The notes beneath the pieces were generated by a model. It searched no databases, was not told the origin of the DNA, and worked only from the letters and a program-made list of their open reading frames with translations. From the IMG/VR virus record IMGVR_UViG_3300038960_000189: a stretch of 64,000 nucleotides of DNA; one strand, given 5' to 3'. The stretch is from an uncultured virus (IMG/VR IMGVR_UViG_3300038960_000189) (lineage: Duplodnaviria > Heunggongvirae > Uroviricota > Caudoviricetes). Positions within the stretch are counted from its first letter, which is position 1; each line of letters starts with the position of its first letter. Below, piece after piece: positions 38,829-49,470 of this stretch. The translations under genes were made by a program, and so were the position numbers.

Positions 38829-40701
38829 TTAATAATTTACTACTTTTCCTTTAATATCTTTATTTGGAAATTTAATTTCAAATATTGATGGATCTAAACT
38901 AGGATAAATAATACCTTGTCTTGTTGCTGTTTCTAAATCATATATATTTCCAGAATAATTACTATCTGTATCATATAAATTATTAAATTTTATTCCAACA
39001 ACGCTTTGCACACCATTTATATTTCCTATAACATTTAATATTTCAGTTTTAATAATAGGTTGATTTATTTGCCATTTATCAACATCAAAATATAATTTAA
39101 GTTCATTGATAACATTTAATAAAACTTCATTTGAATTAAAATTATTTAGTATTGTAATCTCAAACTCTAATCCTATATTAATGATATACGCATCTTTAAT
39201 ATTGATTGCATCTGTTAACATTCGATAATAATCTAAATATGTTTTTAGATTTTCCTTAACTGCTAAATTTAAATGAGTTAGTTGTTTAGATGAATTATAT
39301 CCTAATACATATAGATTCATTGCTAAAGGATTTGCAATTCTCGATTCCACTAAGTCTTGTTGTATAATTTGATCGTCTGGAACAATATAAGCTTTTGACA
39401 CAGATCCAAATTTTGCAGGCATTGAATATGAACGTACTATATAATCATCTCTTGTTACTAAACGATTTTGAGTTGCAAAATTAGATACTGTATTGTTTTT
39501 TATATCTTCCAATGTATCTGCAGTTTTTGCGCCATTGGCAGCATTCGGATTATTAACTATAACGCTAGACTTTACAAAGTTAACTAACGAGCCATTTGTT
39601 GTTGAATTTGGATCGTCATTAAAATTTATAAATTGTATGTCTTTTAAAACATCTGCTTCTACATTGTCTTGTATACCATTTCCAACGGTATATGTTACTG
39701 TTAATGTAGTATTAGCTGGCGCTTGACCATATGCTCTTGTATATAAAAAATTAGATGGGTCTATGTCGACGTCAATAGGTCGTCGAAATCCAGCTAATCC
39801 ATTTCCAACATTGTCTGGGTTAGGTATANNNNNNNNNNTCACTAACACCAGCTCCAAATTGTATTTCTAATCGATTATCACTTCTTAATCTAGTTACAAA
39901 TCGTTTAGATGTTTTCTTTAACTTCAATAGATATGGAGAACTACTTTTATATTGAATAAATTCTGGATCGTTCTCTAATAAGTTTGGAACTTCTTGAAAA
40001 ATAGTATCTTGTGCTAAATATGGAACATTGTACCAATTATCACCATCTGACTCTTCTACTGAAATAATATCAATAATATTGCTATCTGGTAAAACAATTT
40101 TGTCATATGGTTTAGGTGAATCAAAAGAAAAAGTCGCTGTTTTTACAGTTCCAGATACAGCTTTTATTTGTTTCTTTAAAAGATAATATGTAGGTAGTTT
40201 TGTTGTTGGATCACTTTCATATATTGTTACTTCTGTTGGATCGATTGATGAAGAAAATGCAAAATCAATTGAATCCAATGTTCTAAACTCAGCTGGTCCA
40301 TTTTGTTGCTTCACACGCAAACCTGGCTGAATTGACAACGCATAATTATAATCTGGAACTACATCACTTCCAACGCCGGTAGCTGGTATTAATTGATATA
40401 TATCCAACTTTGTATATGCTGGAATAGAATTTTTAGGTTTATATCCTAATGCATTTGCTAATTCATATATATTACCACGTTCAGAAGCTTGTGATATTAT
40501 TGACTCTTTTAAATTTACATCTGCATAATAGCTTAAAACATCGCCAACATATGACGCCATTTCTATAAACATCATTCCAGGAGATGATTCATTAAAGTCA
40601 GTATATGTAGTTGGAAAATATTGTTTGGTAAAGTCAATCAAGTTTTTTCTAAATTGCCCAAAATCTTTTCCTAAATATGTTACGTCTTTTTGTATTTCCA
40701 T
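38829..40701 (-). CDS. gp6: baseplate wedge protein (gp6-like), interrupted by N gap at 39829-39838
   Basis: DFNESSPGMMFIEMASYVGDVLSYY, LGYKP, EIQFG.G, TQNRLVTRDDY motifs. Confidence 0.85.
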
Positions 40702-40702
40702 T

Positions 40703-41143
40703 TTATTCTACTCGTAATTGATTTTCAGAAGCAAATATTACAATGGTATCATTTTCAACTGTTTCAATTAAGTCAAAATTAATAGTAATTTTAACATTAT
40801 ATTGTAAAGTTGGATCATCTTCTGCAGTTATAGTTTCAACAGTATCTAACGAAACTTGTGGTATCCAAAAAGAAATTGGTTCACTGATAATTTGTTGTAT
40901 TTCTCCTTTTAGTTCAGACACACTAGGTTCAAAGATAATGCTTAATAGATCAGAACCAAAATTAGGATGCATTACACGTTCGCCTTTTCTTGTTAATAAT
41001 AAATTTTTAATGTTTGTTTTAACTGCTTCTAAGGTAGTATATGTACTATTAAATACAGCAGGATAATTCATTGGAAATTGAACACCTAATGCAATATCAT
41101 TAGATAAAGTTTTAGGATTGATATTTTCAAATACATATCCCAT
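40703..41143 (-). CDS. gp25: baseplate wedge/sheath initiator gp25
   Basis: IKNLLLTRKGERVMHPNFGSDL..IFEP. Confidence 0.9.
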   Translation of the reverse strand: MGYVFENINPKTLSNDIALGVQFPMNYPAVFNSTYTTLEAVKTNIKNLLLTRKGERVMHPNFGSDLLSIIFEPSVSELKGEIQQIISEPISFWIPQVSLDTVETITAEDDPTLQYNVKITINFDLIETVENDTIVIFASENQLRVE

Positions 41144-41147
41144 TTAT

Positions 41148-41627
41148 TTAACTAAATCCTTTCCTTTTATCAATTGCTTTCATTAATGAACTATAATCTC
41201 GTGTCATTGCCTTAGCAGTAACAGGATCAACGTTGATATGCTGTCCCGTTTCCGCGTCTACTACTGTTGGGGTTGAATTAGATGATTGCATTTTTCTTTG
41301 AACACCAAATGCATTTGCATCAGCTGATGTCATTACGATATCTTCTGTCATCAATTGTGCATAATTAGATTTTGAATTAGGTTCAGTCAAACCATCAGTA
41401 TCATTTAATATATCAGAAAACTTATTTTCTTTAAACTGAACTTTTCGCTTTTTAGGTCTATTGTTAAATGTTTCCGTAATCGATTGCTTTTTTTGTTTAG
41501 AAGATATATTATTGATAGTAGGCTTTAATCCTTCTTGTAATATTTCTGTTAACTCTTGTTTAATAACAGAACGTACTTCTTCTTTAATAACTTTTCTTAA
41601 AATTTGTATAAACTTTTTTTGTTCCAT
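41148..41627 (-). CDS. hypothetical protein
   Basis: N-term LRKVIKEEVRSVIKQEL; late motif at 41645-41652. Confidence 0.6.
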   Translation of the reverse strand: MEQKKFIQILRKVIKEEVRSVIKQELTEILQEGLKPTINNISSKQKKQSITETFNNRPKKRKVQFKENKFSDILNDTDGLTEPNSKSNYAQLMTEDIVMTSADANAFGVQRKMQSSNSTPTVVDAETGQHINVDPVTAKAMTRDYSSLMKAIDKRKGFS

Positions 41628-41657
41628 AATTTTTGTTCTTTTTTATAAATATTAACA

Positions 41658-42497
41658 TTAATAATTTACGCCCTCTGGCCAGCCATTAATTGTTTTAGGA
41701 CCATATATTTTTTTAGCAGCTGTATCAATAAAATAATCTCCTGACTTACCTAAATCAACTTCAGGAGGCGTTGTTCCATTAAATGATTGAGCTGGGGCTT
41801 CTTGTAATGATTCAAATAAATCTTGTTGTGAATCAATTAATTGTTTTATTAATTCTAAACGTTGCTCTATATCATCAGTTGAAACATTTACTTCTCGATA
41901 AAATTCAGACGGTAATCCACCATCAGGATTTACATTAATATCAAATTGTTGCATTTGATCTATAGATTTTTTAACTTCTGGGGCAACTTCATATTCTTTG
42001 TCTGTACAAGCCTGTCCTAGTCGTCCATATATTTCACCTAGTTTACTAGCAATTAAATCAATATTTAGATTTAGTTTTTGCGGAATTGTTTTCAATTGTT
42101 CAACTGACGTTAATGCATTTGCAATTGTTAAATTTTGTGCTAGAACTAATTCGGCAGCTAATACAGGTATTGCTGTTACTGGATTCAATAATTGTATTGC
42201 TTTAATTGAATTTGCTAATGTTACTGCGGTTTGTATTGCTGAAAGAGCTTTTTCAATATAAGGAATAAATTCTTGAAGTTTTAAAATTAGTTCTTGAATT
42301 TTAGTTAATTGTTCTTCAATTTTTTTAATTCTTGGATCATCACACTGAATATTGTCAGGCAACTTTACAGCTTCTGCTAATGTTATCATTAAATTTTCTA
42401 TAATTGAATTAATATATGCAACTATTGCGTCTACAATTAAAGATGTTAATTGTGGTGGTATTTTTGGTATTTTGTCTAATGGTGATGTAAGTGCCAT
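41658..42497 (-). CDS. hypothetical baseplate-region protein
   Basis: Helical protein with C-term G.TPP..LGKSGDYFID...IYGPK...WP. Confidence 0.55.
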   Translation of the reverse strand: MALTSPLDKIPKIPPQLTSLIVDAIVAYINSIIENLMITLAEAVKLPDNIQCDDPRIKKIEEQLTKIQELILKLQEFIPYIEKALSAIQTAVTLANSIKAIQLLNPVTAIPVLAAELVLAQNLTIANALTSVEQLKTIPQKLNLNIDLIASKLGEIYGRLGQACTDKEYEVAPEVKKSIDQMQQFDINVNPDGGLPSEFYREVNVSTDDIEQRLELIKQLIDSQQDLFESLQEAPAQSFNGTTPPEVDLGKSGDYFIDTAAKKIYGPKTINGWPEGVNY

Positions 42498-42505
42498 AAT
42501 TATTC

Positions 42506-43519
42506 CTAAGCATTATCTATAAAAAACTTGTTACTTTGTAAATCCATTAATTTTATTCTAGCCATTTCTAGGTCTGCACTACCAAATGGAAGACTATATG
42601 TACTTCCGCCATATACGCCTTTTTCAATTGATGAAATAATATGTTGTAATACTTCTTGTAGAACGTCACCTTTAGCTAAAGGAGTTGCTGCTTGTTCACT
42701 TCCAATTAAAACTTCGCTAGCATTCATTGTTATTCGATTTGAAGAGTCTAATATTAAATTATTACTTCTAGCAGATAAAATAATTCTATCAGCTACTCCA
42801 ATTAATTGCGACTGATTATATTTTCCAGATTTTGTTAATGTTTTATTTAATTTTAATGTTTTTAATTCTTGATCAGATGTTAAATATAATGATGAACCAT
42901 CTTTACTAATATCTTCTACTATAAATTCTTTTTTGTTTTTATTTAATCGTTTATTTGATAGAATTATTATAGGACTTCCATTTTCTCCTGACCAATTAGC
43001 ATTTAATGTATACTCAGATGAATTTTCTACAGAACTTCCTAAACGAATACTATTTCCCCAACGACCTTCAATTAACAAATCTCCTTCATACGGTTGTAGT
43101 GGAGAAATTGTTTTTTCTTTAAATGTTTCTCCTGCTTTTTCAGTGGTTCCGGGTATATTGAATGTATTTGTTTTAGGTTTAGCTATACCAGGTAATCTAT
43201 TTGAATTTATAGCTGACTGTATTCCATGTGCTGGTAAATAATACCACTGATCTCTTACTTTATCAACAGTAGACTCTTGATTAACTCCCTTAAAAATTAA
43301 AACATGTTCTCCTTTTAAAGGAATTTGTTTAATATTATTATTTGCAGGCTTAGCTTTTAATGTTTGTGTTTTAAAATTACTGTATGTTCGAACATATACA
43401 GTAAATAATGTATCAACGGTTCCTTCGTTAATATCTTCTGTACTAAGATCGTCTAGAATCCATTTATACGTATTATCATATCCTCCAATAACTTCTGCTA
43501 AATAAAAATCAACGCTCAT
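42506..43519 (-). CDS. baseplate hub/spike protein (gp5/VgrG-like)
   Basis: IPLKGEHVLI OB-fold, EGDLLIEGRWGNSIRLG, beta-repeat region, PLAKGDVL. Confidence 0.6.
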   Translation of the reverse strand: MSVDFYLAEVIGGYDNTYKWILDDLSTEDINEGTVDTLFTVYVRTYSNFKTQTLKAKPANNNIKQIPLKGEHVLIFKGVNQESTVDKVRDQWYYLPAHGIQSAINSNRLPGIAKPKTNTFNIPGTTEKAGETFKEKTISPLQPYEGDLLIEGRWGNSIRLGSSVENSSEYTLNANWSGENGSPIIILSNKRLNKNKKEFIVEDISKDGSSLYLTSDQELKTLKLNKTLTKSGKYNQSQLIGVADRIILSARSNNLILDSSNRITMNASEVLIGSEQAATPLAKGDVLQEVLQHIISSIEKGVYGGSTYSLPFGSADLEMARIKLMDLQSNKFFIDNA

Positions 43520-43943
43520 TCTTATTCTCCAATGATTCTTTAGCTTTTTGAATCTTTTCTTTTAATTCTTTGTCTTCATCTTCAATTTTTTCAATTTCAT
43601 TTGACAATTCAGACTCGAATTCATGATCTGCAACTTGTAATAGTTGTCTTTTTTCGTCTTCGCTTAATAATGAAGACTCTCCGGTAATTGTTTGCCTAGT
43701 TGATATGTATCGTTGAGTAATTGCAGTTAATTTTACTAAATGATCATCATTTTTTACTGCAACATCTAAATATTCTTTAATAAGTGGAACTATGATAGTA
43801 GCGTCAGATGCATTACGTATTAACGGCTGCAATTGAGAAATCAATTGATTTATTTGTCGATCTTTCTTTTTTGAATTATGATAAACATCAGACATTAAAT
43901 CAGAAAAACTAGTTCCTTTGAATAATTCTTCATTTATATCCAT
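43509..43943 (-). CDS. hypothetical protein, possibly terminase small subunit-like
   Basis: Helical 144 aa with late motif at 43963-43970; TerS assignment is only a guess. Confidence 0.4.
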   Translation of the reverse strand: MDINEELFKGTSFSDLMSDVYHNSKKKDRQINQLISQLQPLIRNASDATIIVPLIKEYLDVAVKNDDHLVKLTAITQRYISTRQTITGESSLLSEDEKRQLLQVADHEFESELSNEIEKIEDEDKELKEKIQKAKESLENKNER

Positions 43944-43969
43944 AAATACAATCCCTTTAATAATAAATA

Positions 43970-44671
43970 TCAGAAGGGTAAATTCACGAAATCATTTTGT
44001 TCATATTCAAGAAATTTCTCTTTATATATCTCTCGTAAGACTTTTATAACGCGAGTAATGTTATTAGTTTCTAAACCTGTACGCTCTCGAATAAAAACAT
44101 ATAATGCTTTTTTATTAAATTGCTCGATATTTTCACGATTCTCAAAAATATGCAGTATTGAATCAGCTACATGTATGTCAGTAGAATTGCTAAATAAATA
44201 GTTTAAATTATAATAACAATAATCAACATATGCATTCATAAACAAACGAAGTGTTTCTTTCATTTCATTATTATGAATTTCAGTTTGTATATTTCGCTGT
44301 GCATCTATGTCTATAGGTTCAGTAGTTTTCTTTAACTTACTATATCCTTTTTGATTTTCTGCAATTAAATAATTAAATGCAGTTCTTGTATAATAAGAAT
44401 ATGCTTTACCATTTTCTGGATTAAATTTATTTAATCTCATTGTTAAGTATGTAACCAAATCTGTTTGTAAATCTATAAATGTTGAATCTATATATTCTGG
44501 TTTCATTTTGTTAATAAGATTTTCAGATAATTTCATTAAAGCAGGATGCAGAAATCTTCTATATATTTTTTCTTTCCGTACCTGATGATCTTCTGATTTA
44601 TTATATGCTGATACTGCACATTCTGTTATTTTAGTCCAATATCTATTCTGCTTTTTCTTTTTCCTCGGCAT
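43970..44671 (-). CDS. late-transcription sigma factor (gp55-like)
   Basis: LNKFNPENGKAYSYYTRTAFNYLI resembles sigma region 2 of gp55-like factors. Confidence 0.65.
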   Translation of the reverse strand: MPRKKKKQNRYWTKITECAVSAYNKSEDHQVRKEKIYRRFLHPALMKLSENLINKMKPEYIDSTFIDLQTDLVTYLTMRLNKFNPENGKAYSYYTRTAFNYLIAENQKGYSKLKKTTEPIDIDAQRNIQTEIHNNEMKETLRLFMNAYVDYCYYNLNYLFSNSTDIHVADSILHIFENRENIEQFNKKALYVFIRERTGLETNNITRVIKVLREIYKEKFLEYEQNDFVNLPF

Positions 44672-44942
44672 TAAATTCCTTTTGTAAATTTTCTATTACA
44701 TCTTTTAACATTACAAATGTAGATCCAGCTTCATCATCAGATTCGAATGATCCTCTTGAATCAATCTGTTTCATTTTTTGATATGATTTATCAATTGAAC
44801 GATACATATAACTTGATAGGTCTTCTACTTCTTTTATATATTCTTCTGAATCTGCTAACAATCCTGCCAATACATATGCTCGATATATAAAGTATGAGCA
44901 TAATAGTATTAATATTATTAATGATATTTGTAGCCAAATCAT
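44643..44942 (-). CDS. membrane-anchored hypothetical protein
   Basis: N-terminal TM helix; IDSRGSFESDDE. Confidence 0.55.
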   Translation of the reverse strand: MIWLQISLIILILLCSYFIYRAYVLAGLLADSEEYIKEVEDLSSYMYRSIDKSYQKMKQIDSRGSFESDDEAGSTFVMLKDVIENLQKEFNAEEKEKAE

Positions 44943-44951
44943 GATTTATCC

Positions 44952-45725
44952 TTATGCATTAAATGTTTTAAATATCTCTGATATATCATTTTTGATATCA
45001 GGATTTTGTTCTGCTAAATTCTTAATAGCTGTTTTTTTAGTAGCCTTTGATTTAGGACTAACTGTTTTAGGAGAATTATTTTTATTTGATCTCCATTGTT
45101 CATATTCTATTTGAGAAGCCATGTGATCTGCATGATGTAATATTAAAGGCAGATTAGTTTTTAATTTAGCTTGTGCTGTTCTTGCAATAAAATATGGTTT
45201 ATTTGCATCATCATAAATACCATCATGTATTTTTATAGCTTGATATTCATTCCATGATAATGGAATATTATATTTTTGAAGTAGATATAAAGATAAATCT
45301 GGTACCATTGTGAAAGGAATGTTTTCATTATGTTTATACATTCTTCCCATATTCTTTCTGTGCCAATCAGATGTTTCTACTTGATATACTTCCCTTCCTT
45401 TTCCTGGAAATCCGCATTTGCCTAAATCATGATGCATTGCTGCAAAAAACATTTCTTCTTCTGTATAACCAGACATATCTGCTCCCATATCATCCCAAGC
45501 AGTATGTAATTTTTTAGTGCATTTCATAACACGAAGTACATGATCGACATATCCTCCAGCAAATGCATTATGGAAATGAGCAACAGAAGAAGCAGGCATC
45601 ATTATGATCCTTTCTTCATAATCATCATACATCTTGTTTAATTTGTCTGCTCTTGTAGGAAATAACTCATTAACTCTTCTTCTATAATGTTCCCAGTTCA
45701 ATTTAATTTCTTCAGCTTGTAGCAT
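44952..45725 (-). CDS. HD-domain phosphohydrolase
   Basis: PAS...HNAFAGGYVDH, HHDLGK, IHDG, HHAD. Confidence 0.85.
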   Translation of the reverse strand: MLQAEEIKLNWEHYRRRVNELFPTRADKLNKMYDDYEERIIMMPASSVAHFHNAFAGGYVDHVLRVMKCTKKLHTAWDDMGADMSGYTEEEMFFAAMHHDLGKCGFPGKGREVYQVETSDWHRKNMGRMYKHNENIPFTMVPDLSLYLLQKYNIPLSWNEYQAIKIHDGIYDDANKPYFIARTAQAKLKTNLPLILHHADHMASQIEYEQWRSNKNNSPKTVSPKSKATKKTAIKNLAEQNPDIKNDISEIFKTFNA

Positions 45726-45750
45726 AACTTTTTATTTATATTATAATGAA

Positions 45751-45897
45751 TTATTTGGAATATTCCAATAGGCCTTCGGCCATCTTAAATGTACATGGAG
45801 CACATATAACTGATAAAGATGTTTTTGCAACTTCAACCATTGTGTTACAACCTTTACATCTACATTTTAATTTTTTCGTACTTTTATTTTTTTTCAT
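45751..45897 (-). CDS. small Zn-ribbon-like protein (48 aa)
   Basis: Not in track. My translation: MKKNKSTKKLKCRCKGCNTMVEVAKTSLSVICAPCTFKMAEGLLEYSK (CxxC...CxxC). Confidence 0.55.
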   Translation of the reverse strand: MKKNKSTKKLKCRCKGCNTMVEVAKTSLSVICAPCTFKMAEGLLEYSK

Positions 45898-45905
45898 ATT
45901 ATAGA

Positions 45906-46850
45906 TTAATTAATAATTACTGTTGGTGGACTAGGAGTATTTGGATTTTCATTATCCTTATTGTCTTCTATATCTTTAATTATTTGTTCTGCTTGTTCTA
46001 TTGATTCTTCTAAATGTTTTTTATTAGCTTTTGATTTTAAAAGATAATCTGTCTCGTCTTGTTTGAGTTCAAATGCTTTATTGGCACTAATTAATAATAA
46101 CACTGCTAATGGATCAAAAACAAATATAAATGCTAATACAAACCAATTAACTATAGAATTCATGGGTATATTTAGTAATTCAGATAAATACTTTAATGGT
46201 CCTAATTCTTTAACTGTTTCGTCGCCTAATTTAGTTTCCATTATAGATGTTTCTAAATCAATAATACTAACATTTAATTCATCTATCTTTGTATTAACTA
46301 CCGTTTGTCTTTCTATAGCTTGATCCAACTGTTTTGTTAATGCTCTACGTGTCGAGGATGAAGTAGATGTAATTATCTGACCAGATTCTTTGTCTTTCCA
46401 TTGTATTTTGTTATTTGAAAGACCTTGTCTTAGATTAGTTATTGCATCATTTATAGACGATTTTTCCTCATTATATACTTCTAATTGAGAACTAAAATTA
46501 TTTTTTCTAGATTCTAATAACGAAATTTGCGAATTTATATTAGATTGCTTTAAAGCAGTATCTTGATATGCTGATGTTAGAAATCCATAAATTCCTAACG
46601 AAGTAATCATCATTAAAATTATAACTGCAATTGTTAAATATGTTTTTAATAATAACGAAATCTTTTTTGCATAACGATGAAGATATGTAGCAGTTATCAA
46701 TTTAGAAGCTTCCAATATAGAGCACATAATAATAACTGCTATTGCTTGTGCAGAAAATAATTTACTTAAACCAAATACACTGTAATACGCAGCACATGAA
46801 GCTAAACTTAATGAAGCTAGTAATACAATGTATGGAAAAGTTTTTTTCAT
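45906..46850 (-). CDS. multi-pass membrane protein with long coiled coil
   Basis: Three N-terminal TMs, coiled coil, C-terminal TM (IFVFDPLAV). Confidence 0.65.
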   Translation of the reverse strand: MKKTFPYIVLLASLSLASCAAYYSVFGLSKLFSAQAIAVIIMCSILEASKLITATYLHRYAKKISLLLKTYLTIAVIILMMITSLGIYGFLTSAYQDTALKQSNINSQISLLESRKNNFSSQLEVYNEEKSSINDAITNLRQGLSNNKIQWKDKESGQIITSTSSSTRRALTKQLDQAIERQTVVNTKIDELNVSIIDLETSIMETKLGDETVKELGPLKYLSELLNIPMNSIVNWFVLAFIFVFDPLAVLLLISANKAFELKQDETDYLLKSKANKKHLEESIEQAEQIIKDIEDNKDNENPNTPSPPTVIIN

Positions 46851-47026
46851 TCTCTATCAATATAGTAGAGAGCAGATTCTAATTTACGTAATGCAGAAGC
46901 AAGATTAGACATTGCAGCGTGTGCATCTATATGTCCTTGTTCTATTCCTCTACCTACATTTTTTATAATATCTACTGTGTCGGTAATATCGTCTGTTATT
47001 TTTTCTTTATAACGAAATTTGTTCAT
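46847..47026 (-). CDS. small hypothetical protein (59 aa)
   Basis: Not in track. MNKFRYKEKITDDI...ALYYIDRE; ATGA overlap with next gene. Confidence 0.55.
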   Translation of the reverse strand: MNKFRYKEKITDDITDTVDIIKNVGRGIEQGHIDAHAAMSNLASALRKLESALYYIDRE

Positions 47027-47041
47027 TTGTAACCTTTTTAT

Positions 47042-47197
47042 TTATTTTTTCAATGAAAGTAAGAGCTCTCGAATACCTATACCAAAGGCAATTCCAGCAT
47101 ACAATACATTTTTATCTATTAATAAAAATACACCTATTGCACCAGCTACTGCAGCTCTAAACCAAGATGAGTTAGCTATTTTTTTTAATGTATCCAT
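47042..47197 (-). CDS. small two-TM protein (holin-like, 51 aa)
   Basis: Not in track. MDTLKKIANSSWFRAAVAGAIGVFLLIDKNVLYAGIAFGIGIRELLLSLKK; AAGGA SD; late motif at 47225-47232. Confidence 0.5.
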   Translation of the reverse strand: MDTLKKIANSSWFRAAVAGAIGVFLLIDKNVLYAGIAFGIGIRELLLSLKK

Positions 47198-47231
47198 ATT
47201 ATCCTTTCTTGTTATTTTATTTATATAAATA

Positions 47232-47732
47232 TTATTTAGTAAATTTTCTTAGGAAATTTTTCTGTTTTTCGATCGCAAGATCTAATTCGTTTTCATTAGT
47301 TTTTTTGAACGATTTATTTGAGTCAATGTCCTGTGCATTGCTAGACCTAATATCATTCGTTGACTTATATCTAGATCCGGTTGAAGGTATTGTATTGCTA
47401 CTAGTTCTAGAAATTCCTCGCCCTGATCTATTATCATTTGATTTTTTAATTTCTGCATCTCTGGCAGCTGCATGATTTGCTTTATTCTTTGAGGCTTCAA
47501 AATCAATTGATCCGGCGTAATAGCTGGAGTGCGTTTTGAAGAGAAGACCACACGGATACGTGTAACCATTTCCTTTAACCATATAACTAACTGTTTCATT
47601 AAATTTTTGTATTTTTGTAATATATCCCCAACCATGTTCTCCTAAAAATTCATATTTAACATAATCACCAATTTTAAATTGAGGTTTTTCAAATTTTTGT
47701 TGTACATATTTTGGAAATTTTTTCTTTCTCAT
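47232..47732 (-). CDS. hypothetical protein (SH3-like N-terminus)
   Basis: FKIGDYVKY...GYITKI. Confidence 0.5.
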   Translation of the reverse strand: MRKKKFPKYVQQKFEKPQFKIGDYVKYEFLGEHGWGYITKIQKFNETVSYMVKGNGYTYPCGLLFKTHSSYYAGSIDFEASKNKANHAAARDAEIKKSNDNRSGRGISRTSSNTIPSTGSRYKSTNDIRSSNAQDIDSNKSFKKTNENELDLAIEKQKNFLRKFTK

Positions 47733-47932
47733 TCTTCGATAATTTCTGCATCGATTATTTCATCTAGAAACCATAGGTATCCATCTTTCTTCAAGACAAT
47801 ATCATGTTCAATAATTGATTTCCAGTAATCGATGTTTTCGTTTTCATCTTGTCGAACTAATCTTCGGACATAAAATCGTTTATTCTGATATTCTATTGTT
47901 GGTAGAAAACATAATGAGTTGGTAGGTCTCAA
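47729..47932 (-). CDS. hypothetical protein (TTG start)
   Basis: 67-aa ORF, ATGA overlap with next gene. Confidence 0.5.
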   Translation of the reverse strand: MRPTNSLCFLPTIEYQNKRFYVRRLVRQDENENIDYWKSIIEHDIVLKKDGYLWFLDEIIDAEIIEE

Positions 47933-47940
47933 TTTTTAGA

Positions 47941-48354
47941 TTATTTTATAGTTAATTGTTTTGGTGCTCTATCTTTAGCATATGGTATAGTAATTGTTAA
48001 TAAACCCTTATCCATTTTTGCTTCTGCTTTAGACAGATCTAACTCTTTTGATATTTTCCAAGCAAAATCAAAAGCTCTTTTTGCTATTCCTTTATGAATA
48101 TACTCACGCTGTTGTTCAACACCCTTTGTATATTTTATTCGTAAAGTTTCGCCTTCTGTTAATATTTCGATATCTTCTTTTTCTTTTCCTACTGCAGCAA
48201 TATCAAACTGTATTCCATTATCCGTTGTATAAATATCAACTGGATAATTCATTTTATTTGTTATTACCGGTAAGTATGATGATTTTTGATCGATAAGATT
48301 TTTCCATACTAGATCAAAATCATTGTATAGAAATGTTTCTGTTAATTGTGTCAT
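47941..48354 (-). CDS. hsp20: small heat shock protein Hsp20
   Basis: YPVDIY, YIHKGIAKRAF, A.MDKGLLTITIP (alpha-crystallin domain); AGGAGG SD. Confidence 0.92.
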   Translation of the reverse strand: MTQLTETFLYNDFDLVWKNLIDQKSSYLPVITNKMNYPVDIYTTDNGIQFDIAAVGKEKEDIEILTEGETLRIKYTKGVEQQREYIHKGIAKRAFDFAWKISKELDLSKAEAKMDKGLLTITIPYAKDRAPKQLTIK

Positions 48355-48440
48355 TTTAAACCTCCTGTGTTTTTTGGTTGCTCTAGCTAACCGTTTTTTA
48401 ATTTAATATAATTTGAGACCTACCGTATCTCATTATATTA

Positions 48441-48893
48441 TTAATTATAACATAAATGAAAAGTTTGACCAATAATTCTATATACACGAAGGTATCTTGT
48501 TATTTTGTCAAGCTTAAACATTTTTTCGACATTTTTATCTCTGGATAATACATATCCACTATCCATAAATTTATATGCAATATGTCTAACCGCTTTTAAA
48601 CTATTTGATTCAATTACAACATTTTCATTATCTAGAATAACATCCACACGATGCTCTTCTTTATGATTTCCAACATTGAAACTATCAAAGTCAACCTTTT
48701 TTTCTGAGTCAATTGAATTATGCTCATTGAAAAAATTATTCAAGACATCTTCAATATTAACATCTTGTTTATTTTTTTCCAATTCATATAATTCAGTAAC
48801 ATACAAGAATTTATCTTTACTATTTAATTGTTGATAGTAATTAAATTCAGGAAAGGTTACCTTTATATGTTCAAACATTTTTTTACGATTCAT
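48441..48893 (-). CDS. hypothetical protein
   Basis: ORF in tightly packed minus-strand run. Confidence 0.55.
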   Translation of the reverse strand: MNRKKMFEHIKVTFPEFNYYQQLNSKDKFLYVTELYELEKNKQDVNIEDVLNNFFNEHNSIDSEKKVDFDSFNVGNHKEEHRVDVILDNENVVIESNSLKAVRHIAYKFMDSGYVLSRDKNVEKMFKLDKITRYLRVYRIIGQTFHLCYN

Positions 48894-49065
48894 TTTTATT
48901 TTCTAAGTTATATGCACTTACATTATAGATATCTAAAAATTTGTCTCTATCTAATCTTTTTATTTTACACGCATAATCTATTGCTAATTTTAAATTTTGC
49001 GCTTCAAAAATTGAAATAATATCTCCGCTTAAACTATTATTTAATTGTACTTTATATTTTTTCAT
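48883..49065 (-). CDS. hypothetical protein
   Basis: 60-aa ORF in packed run. Confidence 0.5.
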   Translation of the reverse strand: MKKYKVQLNNSLSGDIISIFEAQNLKLAIDYACKIKRLDRDKFLDIYNVSAYNLENKNES

Positions 49066-49074
49066 TTTTCTTTA

Positions 49075-49470
49075 TTATAAATATAAACCTAGCCTATAAG
49101 ATCTCTGAATAGTAGTTATAGAATCTTCTAATGTTTCTGATAATCTTCTTAATTCATGCTTCTTTAAATATAACTTATTCTTTAACATATAAATTGTTAA
49201 TTGATCATCCTTATTGACTTTCAAAAAGAATGTATCTGTTACCTGTTGATCTATTGCAGCACTTGCTCGTAATAACTCTTTATATGTTACTATAATTTTT
49301 TTACCACATACAAAAATTCTACCAACTTTTGTTTCCATTGGATTATTTTTATATTGATATGATGAAAATTTTGGATTGATTTCAAAATCTATATTAGCCC
49401 ATATTTCACCTTGTTTTTCTCTAACTTTATCTGATATATTCCAGGACTGATTAACGGTTGATGTTATCAT
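49075..49470 (-). CDS. hypothetical protein
   Basis: ORF with ATGA overlap. Confidence 0.55.
   Translation of the reverse strand: MITSTVNQSWNISDKVREKQGEIWANIDFEINPKFSSYQYKNNPMETKVGRIFVCGKKIIVTYKELLRASAAIDQQVTDTFFLKVNKDDQLTIYMLKNKLYLKKHELRRLSETLEDSITTIQRSYRLGLYL

Noticed and set aside
38435..39838. Apparent split of gp6 and of the tail-fibre gene as programmed frameshifts or pseudogenes
   Set aside because: Both breaks coincide with 10-N scaffold gaps; the same applies to the gaps at 9748, 13000 and 54981
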